Assembly: GCA_964016885.1 (NCBI GenBank)
Contig: OZ024741.1
Coordinates: 50,654,001-50,718,000, forward strand
Reading direction: 5' to 3'
DNA length: 64,000 bases
From: Eledone cirrhosa
Lineage: Eukaryota
Shown here: positions 36,078-50,704 of the stretch, in pieces
How the letters are laid out: every line of letters starts with the position of its first letter
Numbering within the stretch: the first letter of the stretch is position 1
Position numbers and translations under genes: made by a program
The notes under the pieces: generated by a model
What the model saw: the letters and a program-made list of their open reading frames with translations, nothing else
What the model was told of the DNA's origin: nothing
Database searches by the model: none

Positions 36078-37855
36078 CACCCCCCATCACTACCACTCAC
36101 CATCACCATCACCATCACCACCACCATCACCATCACCACCACCATCACCATCAATACCACTCACCATCACCATCACCATCACCACCACCATCACCATCAC
36201 CATCACCATCACCATCACCATCACCACCACTATCACCACCACCATCACCATCACCATCACTATCACCGTCACCATCACCATCACCATCACCATCACCATC
36301 ACCATCACCATCACCACCACTATCACCACCACTATCACCACCACCATCACCATCAATACCACTCACCATCACCATCACCATCACTACCACTATCACCACC
36401 ACCATCACCATCACCATCACCATCACCACCACTATCACCACCACTATCACCACCACCATCACCATCAATACCACTCACCATCACCATCACCATCACCATC
36501 ACCACCACTATCACCACCACCATCACCATCACCATCACCATCACCATCACCATCACCACCACCACCACCATCACCATCACCACCACCATCACCATCACCA
36601 TCACCACCACTATCACTATCACCGTCACCATCACCACCACTATCACCACCACCATCACCATCACCATCACCATCACCATCACCATCACCACCACCACCAC
36701 CATCACCATCACCACCACCATCACCATCACCATCACCACCACTATCACTATCACCGTCACCATCACCATCACCACCACTATCACCACCACCATCACCATC
36801 ACCACCACCATCACCACCACCATCACCGTCACCATCACCACCACCATCACCATCACCATCACCATCACCACCACTATCACCACCACCACCATCACCATCA
36901 CCATCACCATCACCATCACCATCACCACCACTATCACTATCACCGTCACCATCACCACCACTATCACCACCACCATCACCATCACCATCACTATCACCGT
37001 CACCATCACCACCACTATCACCATCACCATCACCATCACCATCACCATCACCACCACTATCACCATCACCATCACCATCACCATCACCATCACCACCACT
37101 ATCACCGTCACCATCACCACCACTATCACCATCACCATCACCACCACTATCACCACCACCATCACCATCACCATCACCATCAATACCACTCACCATCACC
37201 ATCACCATCACCACCACTATCACCACCACCACCACCATCACCATCACCATCACCATCACCATCACCACCACTATCACCACCACCACCACCATCACCACCA
37301 CCATCACCATCACCATCACCATCACCATCACCATCACCACCACTATCACCACCACTATCACCACCACCATCACCATCACCACCACCATCACCATCACCAT
37401 CACCACCACCACCACTATCACTATCACCGTCACCATCACCACCACTATCACCACCACCATCACCATCACCATCACCATCACCATCACCACCACTATCACC
37501 ACCACTATCACCATCACCATCACCACCACTATCACTATCACCGTCACCATCACCATCACCATCACCATCACCACCACTATCACTATCACCGTCACCATTA
37601 ACATCACCATCATCACCATCACCATCACCATCACCACCACTATCACCACCACCATCACCATCAATACCACTCACCATCACCATCACCATCACCATCACCA
37701 TCACCACCACTATCACCACCACCATCACCATCACCATCACCATCACCATCACCACCACTATCACTATCACCGTCACCATCACCACCACCATCACCATCAC
37801 CATCACCATCACCACCACTATCACTATCACCGTCACCATTAACATCACCATCATC
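36078..37855. repeat. ~1.8-kb (CACCAT)n/(CAC)n repeat with recurrent CATCAATACCACT variant units
   Basis: Read directly. Confidence 0.9.
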
Positions 37856-38029
37856 TCTGCAACACCGTTTTCACCTTGTCGTCACCATTATAACCACGAC
37901 AACCACAACTACAGCCACCACCACTACCACAGCCTCCCCCCGTACCACCACCAACACACCACCACTACCTGCAATCGAAGCACCACTACAACCGCCAAAA
38001 TAACCCCCCACAAACACAACCATCATCAA

Positions 38030-38256
38030 AACACTACCACCACCACCATACCATACCACCACACCAGGACCACCCCCATACCACCACACCACTACTACCA
38101 CCATACCACCACACCACTACTACCACCATACCACCACACCACTACTACCACCATACCACCACACCACTACTACCACCATACCACCACACCACTACCACCA
38201 CCATTCCACCACACCACCAGCACCACCACCACCACCGCACCACCACCGCCACCACC

Positions 38257-38287
<31 letters not shown>

Positions 38288-39277
38288 CCACCACGAGCAC
38301 CACCAGCACCACCACCACTACCACCAGCACCAGCACCACCAACACCACCACACCACCACCACCACCACCACCACAACCAGCACCACCACCACCAGCACCA
38401 CCACCAGCACCACCACCGCCACCACCACCAACACCACCACCAACACCACCACCAACACCACCACCACCACCACCACCACCAAAATGTACAACCATAACCA
38501 CTGCCATTATCACATCCACCACTAACTCAACTACCACCATTAACGACACTACTACCCACACCTACACAATCACCATTTCAACCACTGCATCCATTACCAC
38601 AGTCGCTACCGCCTTTGTACATTGTTATCGCTATGGTCAATAAAATAACGGTTGATGATGACCACTACTACTACCACCATCACCACTACTACTGCCACCA
38701 CATCCACAACCACCACCACCTCTACCACCTGCACCACCACCACCACCTGCACCACCACCACCTCTACCACCACTACCACTACCACCACCACTACCACCAC
38801 TACCACCACCACTACCACTACTACCACTACCACTACCACTGCTACCACTACCACCACCACCACCAACTCTACCACCACCACCACCACCACCACCACCACC
38901 ACCACTACCACCACCACCACCAACTCTACCACCACCACCACCACCACCACCACCACTGCCACCACAACCACCACCACCACTACTACCATCACTGCCACCA
39001 CAACCACCACCACCACTACTACCATCACTATAAGGCAGAATTGGTAGAGCGTCAGATGCCATGCTTTGCAGCATAGAGTTACAGCCCTTTACATTCTAAG
39101 TTAAAATCCAGTCGAGGTTAACTTTGCCTTTCATCCTTACAGGGTCGATAAAATAAAGTACCAGTAATGTACTGAGTAATAGCTGGCCTTGTGCCAAAAG
39201 TAGAAACAATTATTTTCTCAATCACCAAACCATTACTAATACTAATACTACAACCACCACCACCACCACCGTTACTT

Positions 39278-39314
<37 letters not shown>

Positions 39315-39320
39315 AACCAT

Positions 39321-39378
<58 letters not shown>

Positions 39379-39409
39379 GCTACTACTACTACTACAACCA
39401 CCCCACCAA

Positions 39410-39457
<48 letters not shown>

Positions 39458-39471
39458 AACCACTACTACTA

Positions 39472-39532
<61 letters not shown>

Positions 39533-39559
39533 AACCACCAATACTACTACAACCACCAA

Positions 39560-39608
<49 letters not shown>

Positions 39609-39643
39609 GCTACTACAACCACCAATACTACTACAACCACCAA

Positions 39644-39711
<68 letters not shown>

Positions 39712-39720
39712 TCACCACCT
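38030..39720. repeat. (CCA)n/(CTA)n compound microsatellite block, including a short 22-bp tandem at ~38075-38200
   Basis: Read directly. Confidence 0.85.
39030..39210 (+). mobile_element. tRNA-derived SINE
   Basis: GGCAGAATTGGTAGAGC..CTTTGCCTTTCATCCTTACAGGGTCGATAAAATAAAGTACCAG; same family as 50196-50378 and 54385-54505. Confidence 0.7.
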
Positions 39721-40172
39721 TGATGGTTATAATGGTAGTAGTGGTGTTGATACTGTTGGTGTTGTTCGTAATGGTGATAATTGTGGTAGTGGTTGCGACA
39801 GTGATGCTTGTGTTGGTGGCTTTACTGTTGTTTAGAGTGTTAGGAGCGGTGACGTTCGTGGTGTTGGTGATATTTGTAGTGATGATAATGGTGATGGTGA
39901 TGGTATTGTTAGTGTTGGAGGTGGTATGTTGATCACTGTGGCTGTAGTTCATTTTTGCTGTTATTTATAAAATCATCAAGTGTTGCACTCTACCCAGTAT
40001 TCACGAGAAGGTGTGTTCAAATAACAGTAGAGGAAAAGCACTATCCTCATTGACTAAGTGCCTCTGAAGTCTAAGAACAATTCAGGTCAGTGTTCACCGG
40101 AATTGGCACCGAATAAACTAGCGATACAATCTTCTTCATATCGACTTGTGCCGGGTACAATGTCTTTCAAAC

Positions 40173-40720
40173 ATCATCATCATCCGGCGGCCTCAGCCGA
40201 AATGGGCTCAACAATTGATCTCCACGTGGACCTGCCGTTCATTGCCGTTGCCAAGTCCTGGATTTCAATACCAGAATCTCTGGAGATAACATCGGGGTAG
40301 GAAAGCTTGCGCCCCCTGTTATTAATGACTGCTTGTGATTTCCAAAGCACTAATGGGGGACACAGCCTCGTAGGTGGCACGGTGGCAGTGGCCAGCAAAT
40401 CTTACTCTCCTTTTACGTACAACGACAGACATGCGTGAGAGGCCGGCATATATCTCTCTCAAAGACAGATGTCGCCAGTGGCCAGCAAATCTTACTCTCC
40501 TTTTACGTACAACGACAGATATGCGTGAGAGGCCGGCATATATCTCTCTCAAAGACAGATGTCGCCAGTGGCCAGCAAATCTTACTCTCCTTTTACGTAC
40601 AACGACAGATATGCGTGAGAGGCCGGCATATATCTCTCTCAAAGACAGATGTCGCCAACTTATGTTCTGAATGCGTTGAAGCAGGTGAGTGTAAGTTCCA
40701 AACATAATAATACATAGGGC
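40173..40720 (-). mobile_element. RTE-clade LINE 3' fragment with internal 90-bp triplication
   Basis: NISWR..RKRRVRFAGH thumb-region motif; short (GAT)n tail at ~40173-40183. Confidence 0.7.
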
Positions 40721-41361
40721 CACTGCTTCTACAGTAATTCCGGGGCCATTGAGGTTTACAAAACTTCATTTGCTACTTAACCCCTTCATTACCACATTTC
40801 TATAGGAAGACAATGCCTATGGTTTTAAAATAATTTTGAAAATAAACAAGAATTTGGAGAGATTTTATAATATAACATTCTTATTATTAAGTTGGTGTTT
40901 GAAATATAACTCAATAAATGTTCTGGCATAAACATTATTAGAAATATTAATTAGAAATATTATTTAGAAAATTTATTTAGAAAAATTATTTAGAAACATT
41001 ATTTAGAAAAATGTATATTCTTTAAAAAACTGATATTTTCAAAAAGCTGATACAATGCGGTAGAAAAATACGAATGACAAAGGATGACAAATAACACAAA
41101 ACAAAGTAATGTTTTATCCAGTGTATTTCAACATCATATTTCAGGGCTATTCCGCTCTTTTCAAATGTGGAGCTGAAACAATTTAAAACAAAACGAACGA
41201 TCGATGTGTTCTTCATTAACTGGCCTGCGTGTCTGTAATACGCATGCGTGAAATCATTATAGTAACCAGTCTGCCTCGTGCATTTTCGATCTATTATTTT
41301 ATTTTGCTTTTTTTCTAGTTGATAATAATGACTTCTTTGATTCTTTTATATATATATATAC

Positions 41362-41405
<44 letters not shown>

Positions 41406-41435
41406 GTATATATATATATATATATATATATATAC

Positions 41436-41503
<68 letters not shown>

Positions 41504-41551
41504 GTATATATATATATATATATACGTATATATATATATATATATATATAC

Positions 41552-41594
<43 letters not shown>

Positions 41595-41985
41595 AGCTAA
41601 CGCCGTATTTTGACTAAAGAAATTAAAGAAATTATTTAGCCTGATAGTGGGGTTAAGAACCTTCGGAGAAATGGAAAAAGATGAGTATTGACATCAATAC
41701 TCATCTTTAATATATAATTATTCATTTATAATAATTTCAAACCTACTCGGTGTTTCGAAAATATTCTTACTTGAGATATATATATATATATATATATATC
41801 CAATTCCGCCCGTCCCTTCAATCTTTCTAATTTCTCATTCTTTCTTTTGATGAAAGATTAGCGTCCGAAACGTTAAACCCTCTTCTTGTTATTTGACGCG
41901 TTAACCTAATATATTCCTTCCATATACTGTATCGATTGTGTTGTTATTTCTGTTTACCTTTTACACACACACACACGCGCGCGAG

Positions 41986-42078
<93 letters not shown>

Positions 42079-42259
42079 TGTAAATAAACATTGGAGCGTC
42101 GAGTGAGTTGAAATATTTAGAAATGTATACACAGACACACACACATATATATATATAAGTGAAAAATAACATGGATCGGCTGTACAAGAGGGTCTATTCA
42201 AAGTATTAACAAATGTTTCATTAGTTTGATGTGTCTAAAAACCGCTGTTCGTAAAATGG

Positions 42260-42344
<85 letters not shown>

Positions 42345-42540
42345 ATAATAATAAATTTGAAGACTAAAATCCAAAGAGGGCTCGATAAGGATAAATTATG
42401 TATCAGATATATAAGAACCGTAGAGCAAATATTTATTAAAATCACAGATTAAAGTTTAAGCAAAGAATCGCTGCTTTCACCCTTAACGGGATCTTCTAAG
42501 GGTGGAAGCAGCGATTCTTTGCTTAAGCTTGAATCTATTA

Positions 42541-42602
<62 letters not shown>

Positions 42603-42606
<4 letters not shown>

Positions 42607-43793
42607 AATATGATAATAATGGAGCTGCGGCGCTGCAAATGGGTTACATATGAAAAAGTTTGTCCTCATCAGTGGCCATCCAACCGTCGTAGGCATTTCG
42701 TCGCATTAAAGGCCATATACCTCAGGTTGGTGCGAGCAACGGCTAAAAAAATGTCGTTGGGACACGTAAATAAAGGGGACGCTAGGGTAAACAAACAAAA
42801 TGGTTTAAGCAGCAGAAAGAGAGGAAGAAGGAAACAAGTCCCAGATTTCTATAAATATAAATTCGGTGGAATCGTGAACGAGAGAATAAAGACCATCAAA
42901 CCTGGTTGAAATGTGAGCAAGGAAGGAATTTCGCACAGGTCTAACGGGAGGAAGAAGAGGTCTGGTCTGCGAATTCGGTAAACATAAGTTCTGTGAAGTC
43001 GCAGACGAGAGAGAGAGAGAGAGAGAAAAATTCATACCGGCTTGGCCAAGTGTCCGCGAGAAAAGGATTGTGGACAGGTCAAACGGGAAGAAAGGGGAGG
43101 AGGAGAGGTAGTGACAAAGAGTGAGTGAGTGAAAGGTGAGGAAGAGGCTAACAGAGAGAGAGACTGCTAGAAAGGGTAAAGACACAAAGAACGAAACAGA
43201 CTGGTGGCAGCGGAGGAAAAAATATATGTGTAAATATGATAATAATGGAGCTGCGGCGCTGCAAATGGGTTACATATGAAAAAGTTTGTCCTCATCAGTG
43301 GCCATCCAACCGTCGTAGGCATTTCGTCGCATTAAAGGCCATATACCTCAGGTTGGTGCGAGCAACGGCTAAAAAAAAGTCGTTGGGACACGTAAATAAA
43401 GGGGACGCTAGGGTAAACAAACAAAATGGTTTAAGCAGCATCGTCTGCGACTTCACAGAACTTATGTTTACCGAATTCGCAGACCAGACCCCTTCTTCCT
43501 CCCGTTAGACCTGTGCGAAATTCCTTCCTTGCTCACATTTCAACCAGGTTTGATGGTCTTTATTCTCTCGTTCACGATTCCACCGAATTTATATTCATAG
43601 AAATCTGGGACTTGTTTCCTTCTTCCTCTCTTTCTGCTGCTTAAACCATTTTGTTTGTTTACCCTAGCGTCCCCTTTATTTACTTGTCCCAACGACTTTT
43701 TTTTAGCCGTTGCTCGCACCAACCTGAGGTATATGGCCTTTAATGCGACGAAATGCCTACGACGGTTGGATGGCCACTGATGAGGACAAACTT

Positions 43794-43801
<8 letters not shown>
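42603..43801. repeat. Direct-plus-inverted repeat module between (TA)n tracts
   Basis: 43229-43440 repeats 42603-42813; 43441-43801 is the reverse complement of 42648-43008. Confidence 0.85.
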
Positions 43802-43877
<76 letters not shown>

Positions 43878-44167
43878 GTTATAAATTGAAGTTTTACCTG
43901 TTGTACAACAAGTACTATTCGATTTTTTTGAGGCAGTCACAAAGCACTCAATGGATCGAAAGTTAATACAACAGTTATAAAGTATGACACTAAGAAAACA
44001 GACCAAAGGCACCGGCTATACATATAACACAACGACGATAGATGCTGAAAGGTTTAACTAACCGGGACCATCTCTGATTGATTAAAATCGATATAATCGA
44101 TAAAATCTCAGATAGGTTTCTGGGAACCCTGTGTGTACTTCCACGATATATATATATATATACATAC

Positions 44168-44255
<88 letters not shown>

Positions 44256-45115
44256 TTTTTTCCGTTGTGTTGTAATATAAATATTACACACAGTAGATTA
44301 TCAGCTCACGTAGAGTTTGCTCGACGGTTCCAGTTGTAGTTCCAAAAGTAATCCGGAGAAAAATAGAAAGATTTGAATGGATACAGTTTAGTTGAAAGGA
44401 ATTTATTGACACGTGTTTCTATAACAGTTACATAACCTAAAACAGCTATCTACAAACTTTTAGTTATGCAGACATTCAATATTTCAATGTTATTGTTTAC
44501 TGTCATTTCATCAGAATAATATTACTGAGGACCTATTTAGTTTTTATAGAGAATATTAGGAGGAAGGGGTGAAGTTGTTAGAAGAATAGTTGAAGGAGTG
44601 GTTTTTCGATAGCAGTGAGAATTCTTGGTGGCAGTGATTAATTAGATTCCCATCTGTTGTTTTGACATTTTTTATAGAATATATTATTGGTTATTTTTCT
44701 AAATCTATAGAAGGATTAGAGATAGTAAAGATATGCGTGGTTGGTTTTGTGTTTGCACTTAACATTCAGACTTAAATTTTTCTTTCAAGTGTACGTATTC
44801 TTTCACCCAGGCATTCACACACAAATATATTTGCACACCTCTACAAAATACATATACTCACAATTCACATATTCATACTTACATATATATACACATGCAT
44901 ACACATATATATACACACATGTATTCATGTACATACATACGCGCTCATGTGTATACATTTTCATACTCAACTTATCTTTATATATACACACGTATAGACA
45001 CACACATATATACATACATACTCTAGTCCATGTGTACACACATACACATACATACACATCCATATACACATACATACATACACATATATACATACATATA
45101 TACATATACATATAT

Positions 45116-45154
<39 letters not shown>

Positions 45155-45155
45155 C

Positions 45156-45204
<49 letters not shown>

Positions 45205-45473
45205 AGCACTTTAATACATGAATACACTTACATCTAACTATACACATCAAACATATATATATATTTACTTATTTATATACATTTTCACATATATATACAT
45301 ACTTATGGACGTTTTTAGACACATTCATTATCGCATATTTGTACCTATTCTCATCAGCATATCTTTTCATTATTAGTATGGTAATTTAAGGTTATTAATA
45401 TATGTTGAAAAGAGATTGTTTTTATATTTTTCTAACTAGATTAAGGTTTATATAGTTGGGGGATGTCCCTCTT

Positions 45474-46830
45474 TTATGTAATATTCGGCTTGTAGTGGGA
45501 AAAAAGGGTTTTAGTTCTGTGACGGCAGAATAATGTTCGTTCAATTCTGTTATTCAGCAGTTTCTTCTTGTGTGTGATTATGTAATAAATCTCAAGATTA
45601 CACAATTTGCAGAAATTTTGGCTCCTGGAAAAGCTTTGGGTTTTAGCTAATTTTTCCCATTTTAGGGTAAACTTTTGATTGCTATCCCTGAGCGTCCAAG
45701 CTTTCTCTGCTAAAGTTGTTACATTTCTTTGGCTCTGGTGTTTTATTGAGTAAGAATGCCTATACAATCGAGATTTAAACGATGTTGCCGTTGATCCCAC
45801 GTAATACCACTCGTTGCCTCCGGATTTAATGGTACACTTATAAATAATATTTTTTTCCCGGCAGTTATTGCCGAGGGGGCAGTTGTCAGGATAGGTGCAG
45901 TTACAGTTGTGTACGTTGGGTTTTCTCTGGAGTAGTATTGCGGACGAACTTAGGTGTGGTTTATTTATGTTCTGTAGTGTATTGTCTACTGTTTTTTTGG
46001 GGTTCTTTGTACTTAAGTTCTTAGTGTTTTCGTTTAACCTTCTAGTATTGATCTTTTTTATGTGTTGTTCAAGGTTTAACGCTGTAGAGTATGACAGTCT
46101 TATAGTGGTAGGGTTTAGGATTTTGTGGTATTTGTGTGATGTGGGAAAATTTCTTTTAATTATTTTAAAGAAGAGTACTGGTAAATTTGTACTAATGGAG
46201 CTATTGTATTCGGGGTTATACCATAAGTACTCTTTGCATCGCTTTCTATTAGTTTTGTTTGTTGGTTTACTGGTGTGCATACTATGGTAGTAAGTGTGGT
46301 TTGGTGTTGTGTTATTATATCTACCTATGTGGGATTTATTTTGGGTGTTTTGATTGTTCCCATCTATGTACTCTATTTTGTTGAGGTAGCCTGCTTTACT
46401 AAGGGCGTTATCGTAGTACTCGGCGTGTTCCTTAAATACTTGTATGTTAGAAGATAGACCCGAGATTCTAAGGGAAATATTTTTAGGGATAGATTTAATT
46501 ATAGAGATGGGGTGGTTAGACCCAACATTTACGTATTTGAGATTTTCATTCAATTTATGAAACGGTTTAATCAAACCAGAGTTTAAATTGAGTGTGACAT
46601 CCAGGAAGTTAACTACTTTAAGGTTGTATTCATATGTTATAGTTAGTCCTATTTCGAGTAGTAGTTTTCTTATATCTTTGCGTAGTTTTTCTAGTTTTTG
46701 GTTATTAAGGTTTTTAGCTAGGAGGAGAACATCGTCGCGGTATATTCCGCCGTGGAGATTGCTGAATTTTTCCTGGAGTCTAAAGGCGATAAATAACCCC
46801 ACAATATCAGTTATTTCCGCCGAATCGTTA
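45474..46830 (-). CDS. 5'-truncated PLE ORF: RT C-terminal half + CNC-CP-C linker + GIY-YIG endonuclease
   Basis: DSAEITDIVGL, GIYRDD, VNFLDVTL, SNHP, CNCTYPDNCPLGNNC, NIIYKC..YYVG, CKLCNLE, CRH. Confidence 0.85.
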
Positions 46831-46831
46831 G

Positions 46832-48044
46832 ACTACGCAAAGATATAAGAAAACTACTACTCGAAATAGGACTAACTATAACATATGAATACAACCTTAA
46901 AGTAGTTAACTTCCTGGATGTCACACTCAATTTAAACTCTGGTTTGATTAAACCGTTTCATAAATTGAATGAAAATCTCAAATACGTAAATGTTGGGTCT
47001 AACCACCCCATCTCTATAATTAAATCTATCCCTAAAAATATTTCCCTTAGAATCTCGGGTCTATCTTCTAACATACAAGTATTTAAGGAACACGCCGAGT
47101 ACTACGATAACGCCCTTAGTAAAGCAGGCTACCTCAACAAAATAGAGTACATAGATGGGAACAATCAAAACACCCAAAATAAATCCCACATAGGTAGATA
47201 TAATAACACAACACCAAACCACACTTACTACCATAGTATGCACACCAGTAAACCAACAAACAAAACTAATAGAAAGCGATGCAAAGAGTACTTATGGTAT
47301 AACCCCGAATACAATAGCTCCATTAGTACAAATTTACCAGTACTCTTCTTTAAAATAATTAAAAGACATTTTCCCACATCACACAAATACCACAAAATCC
47401 TAAACCCTACCACTATAAGACTGTCATACTCTACAGCGTTAAACCTTGAACAACACATAAAAAAGATCAATACTAGAAGGTTAAACGAAAACACTAAGAA
47501 CTTAAGTACAAAGAACCCCAAAAAAACAGTAGACAATACACTACAGAACATAAATAAACCACACCTAAGTTCGTCCGCAATACTACTCCAGAGAAAACCC
47601 AACGTACACAACTGTAACTGCACCTATCCTGACAACTGCCCCCTCGGCAATAACTGCCTGGAAAAAAATATTATTTATAAGTGTACCATTAAATCCGGAG
47701 GCAACGAGTGGTATTACGTGGGATCAACGGCAACATCGTTTAAATCTCGATTGTATAGGCATTCTTACTCAATAAAACACCAGAGCCAAAGAAATGTAAC
47801 AACTTTAGCAGAGAAAGCTTGGACGCTCAGGGATAGCAATCAAAAGTTTACCCTAAAATGGGAAAAATTAGCTAAAACCCAAAGCTTTTCCAGGAGCCAA
47901 AATTTCTGCAAATTGTGTAATCTTGAGATTTATTACATAATCACACACAAGAAGAAACTGCTGAATAACAGAATTGAACGAACATTATTCTGCCGTCACA
48001 GAACTAAAACCCTTTTTTCCCACTACAAGCCGAATATTACATAA
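46832..48044 (+). CDS. Inverted, further-truncated copy of the same PLE ORF
   Basis: Same protein apart from KRNF/KRHF and NCRE/NCLE. Confidence 0.8.
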
Positions 48045-48313
48045 AAGAGGGACATCCCCCAACTATATAAACCTTAATCTAGTTAGAAAAATATAAAAAC
48101 AATCTCTTTTCAACATATATTAATAACCTTAAATTACCATACTAATAATGAAAAGATATGCTGATGAGAATAGGTACAAATATGCGATAATGAATGTGTC
48201 TAAAAACGTCCATAAGTATGTATATATATGTGAAAATGTATATAAATAAGTAAATATATATATATGTTTGATGTGTATAGTTAGATGTAAGTGTATTCAT
48301 GTATTAAAGTGCT

Positions 48314-48362
<49 letters not shown>

Positions 48363-48363
48363 G

Positions 48364-48402
<39 letters not shown>

Positions 48403-49003
48403 ATATATGTATATGTATATATGTATGTATATATGTGTATGTATGTATGTGTATATGGATGTGTATGTATGTGTATGTGTGTACACATGGACTAGAGTAT
48501 GTATGTATATATGTGTGTGTCTATACGTGTGTATATATAAAGATAAGTTGAGTATGAAAATGTATACACATGAGCGCGTATGTATGTACATGAATACATG
48601 TGTGTATATATATGTGTATGCATGTGTATATATATGTAAGTATGAATATGTGAATTGTGAGTATATGTATTTTGTAGAGGTGTGCAAATATATTTGTGTG
48701 TGAATGCCTGGGTGAAAGAATACGTACACTTGAAAGAAAAATTTAAGTCTGAATGTTAAGTGCAAACACAAAACCAACCACGCATATCTTTACTATCTCT
48801 AATCCTTCTATAGATTTAGAAAAATAACCAATAATATATTCTATAAAAAATGTCAAAACAACAGATGGGAATCTAATTAATCACTGCCACCAAGAATTCT
48901 CACTGCTATCGAAAAACCACTCCTTCAACTATTCTTCTAACAACTTCACCCCTTCCTCCTAATATTCTCTATAAAAACTAAATAGGTCCTCAGTAATATT
49001 ATT

Positions 49004-49043
49004 CTGATGAAATGACAGTAAACAATAACATTGAAATATTGAA
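49004..49043 (+). ncRNA. Hammerhead-like motif in the Naiad-type 3' region (mirror copy at ~44475-44514)
   Basis: CTGATGA-AATG..CATT-GAAA-TATT. Confidence 0.5.
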
Positions 49044-49148
49044 TGTCTGCATAACTAAAAGTTTGTAGATAGCTGTTTTAGGTTATGTAACTGTTATAGA
49101 AACACGTGTCAATAAATTCCTTTCAACTAAACTGTATCCATTCAAATC

Positions 49149-49179
<31 letters not shown>

Positions 49180-49689
49180 CGGCGACGAATTATAGCACTA
49201 CTGACGATGTTGCAGATGTGCAACGAAAGAACTTTGATAAACTATATATATGTGTTTGTGTCTATATTGTATCTGTATTATTTTTGACCGTTGGTCAGTC
49301 AATGGCAACATTGAGGACCGAATAAATTAGATTACCGATATAAAAGACACAGAAGCGAAAAGCGAAATCCAACCAAACAGTGAGTGTGTTCTGTTATTAA
49401 TTCTGGCAATATTACACAAATATGACCCTCCCCAAGTATAACAATATATATATATATATATAAACGGAAAAAATGAAACGAAATTTCATTTCTCACTCTT
49501 AGTACGGCTGTTACTTAAATATAAGTATGTATACGTACATACATATATGTATACAGACGTACAGTAGTATGTATATATATATACATACATGCACACATAT
49601 ATATATATGTACGTATGGATTCACCGAACATTTACCTGTATTGCATGCATTATATAACTTGTTATATGACTTCCAGGGGTACCAGAAAC

Positions 49690-49802
49690 GTGTGGCTGAG
49701 TGGTAAGAGAATTGAATTCGCAATCCTGAGGTTGTCAGTTCGATTCCTGGACCAGGCGATGCGTTATGGCCTTGAGCAAGGCACTTTATTTCACGTTGCT
49801 CT
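49690..49802 (+). mobile_element. tRNA-derived SINE fragment (second family)
   Basis: GTGGCTGAGTGGTAAG (A box), GTTCGATTCC (B box), CCTTGAGCAAGGCACTT; weaker relative at ~34940-35070. Confidence 0.6.
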
Positions 49803-50195
49803 TTCTACCTAGAGTTGCGACTAGTAGATAGTATTAACAATTAGAAAGACCAATGAAACTTTGTTTCCTCAGTCCGATTTAACGAAGTCGATCGACTGTC
49901 GATATATATATGTCTATCTTTCCATGTATATATATTCAAAGACAGAGAGAGGGAAAGAGGTAGAAAGAGAAATAAATATGTAAATATCTCCATTTTCACT
50001 GACGTTAATTACCGGAAGTTGTGTGTGTTTTTTTTATAGCAAACGATTGCCGAATTTAACTCATTTACAAAATACATCTTGTACATATAAACACAATCTA
50101 AACTATAATAAAGGAAGGTCTGCGGGACTGCGTAAGGTTTATATTTTTTATCCCGTTAGTAAAATAAGTTGGATTACTTTGAATAAATAATTGTT

Positions 50196-50378
50196 TCTAT
50201 TTTAGGCACAAGGCCAGCAATTACCCAGTACATTACTGGTACTTTATTTTATCGACCCCGTAAGGATGAAAGGCAAAGTTAATCTGGGCGGGATTTGAAC
50301 TCAGATCATAAAGGGACGTAACTCTATGCTTCAAAGCATGGTGTCCGACTCTCTACCGATACTGCCAATCCACCGCCA
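50196..50378 (-). mobile_element. tRNA-derived SINE with duplicated 3' segment (to ~50460)
   Basis: Reverse complement of the 39030-39210 family. Confidence 0.7.
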
Positions 50379-50704
50379 ATACTTTGAATAAATAATTGTT
50401 TCTACTTTAGGCACAAGGCCAGCAAATTACCCAGTGCATTACTGGTACTTTGAATAAATAATGAATGAATATTACATAATTTATCTACTAAATTTCATAA
50501 ACAAAAATAATTTCGTGAAAATAAATAATTTAAAATTGACTTCTTTTCAAAGTTGCACTTCCGGTATATCGTTGCCACCACCACCACTTCAACTACCATA
50601 TATATAGAAAGAGAGAGTGTGTGATGTCAACACTTCCGGTGGCGATCACTTAAATAAACATAATTTTCTGTCACTAATTTTCTCCTAATGCAGTTTATAT
50701 ATAA

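Larger units (their letters stand above)
44363..49155. mobile_element. Penelope-like element (Naiad-type) as an inverted pair: arms 44363-46686 and 46832-49155
   Basis: Mirror coordinates sum to 93518 across the arms and ORF ends; 145-bp spacer. Confidence 0.9.

Noticed and set aside
36045-37601. 518-aa His/Thr/Ile-rich ORF
   Set aside because: Derived entirely from the (CACCAT)n repeat, open in several frames, non-ATG start
40386-40657. Regular repeats here and at 30663-31120 as a CRISPR-like array
   Set aside because: No unique spacers, no cas genes, eukaryotic context
41020-41200. Possible minus-strand host terminal exon after TTGTTTCAG
   Set aside because: Only a few codons and no recognisable protein or partner exons
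45474-46830. Selenoprotein recoding, reported for some Naiad elements
   Set aside because: No in-frame TGA in the retained ORF; it ends in TAA
49690-49760. tRNA gene
   Set aside because: A/B boxes continue into a SINE body; no complete cloverleaf
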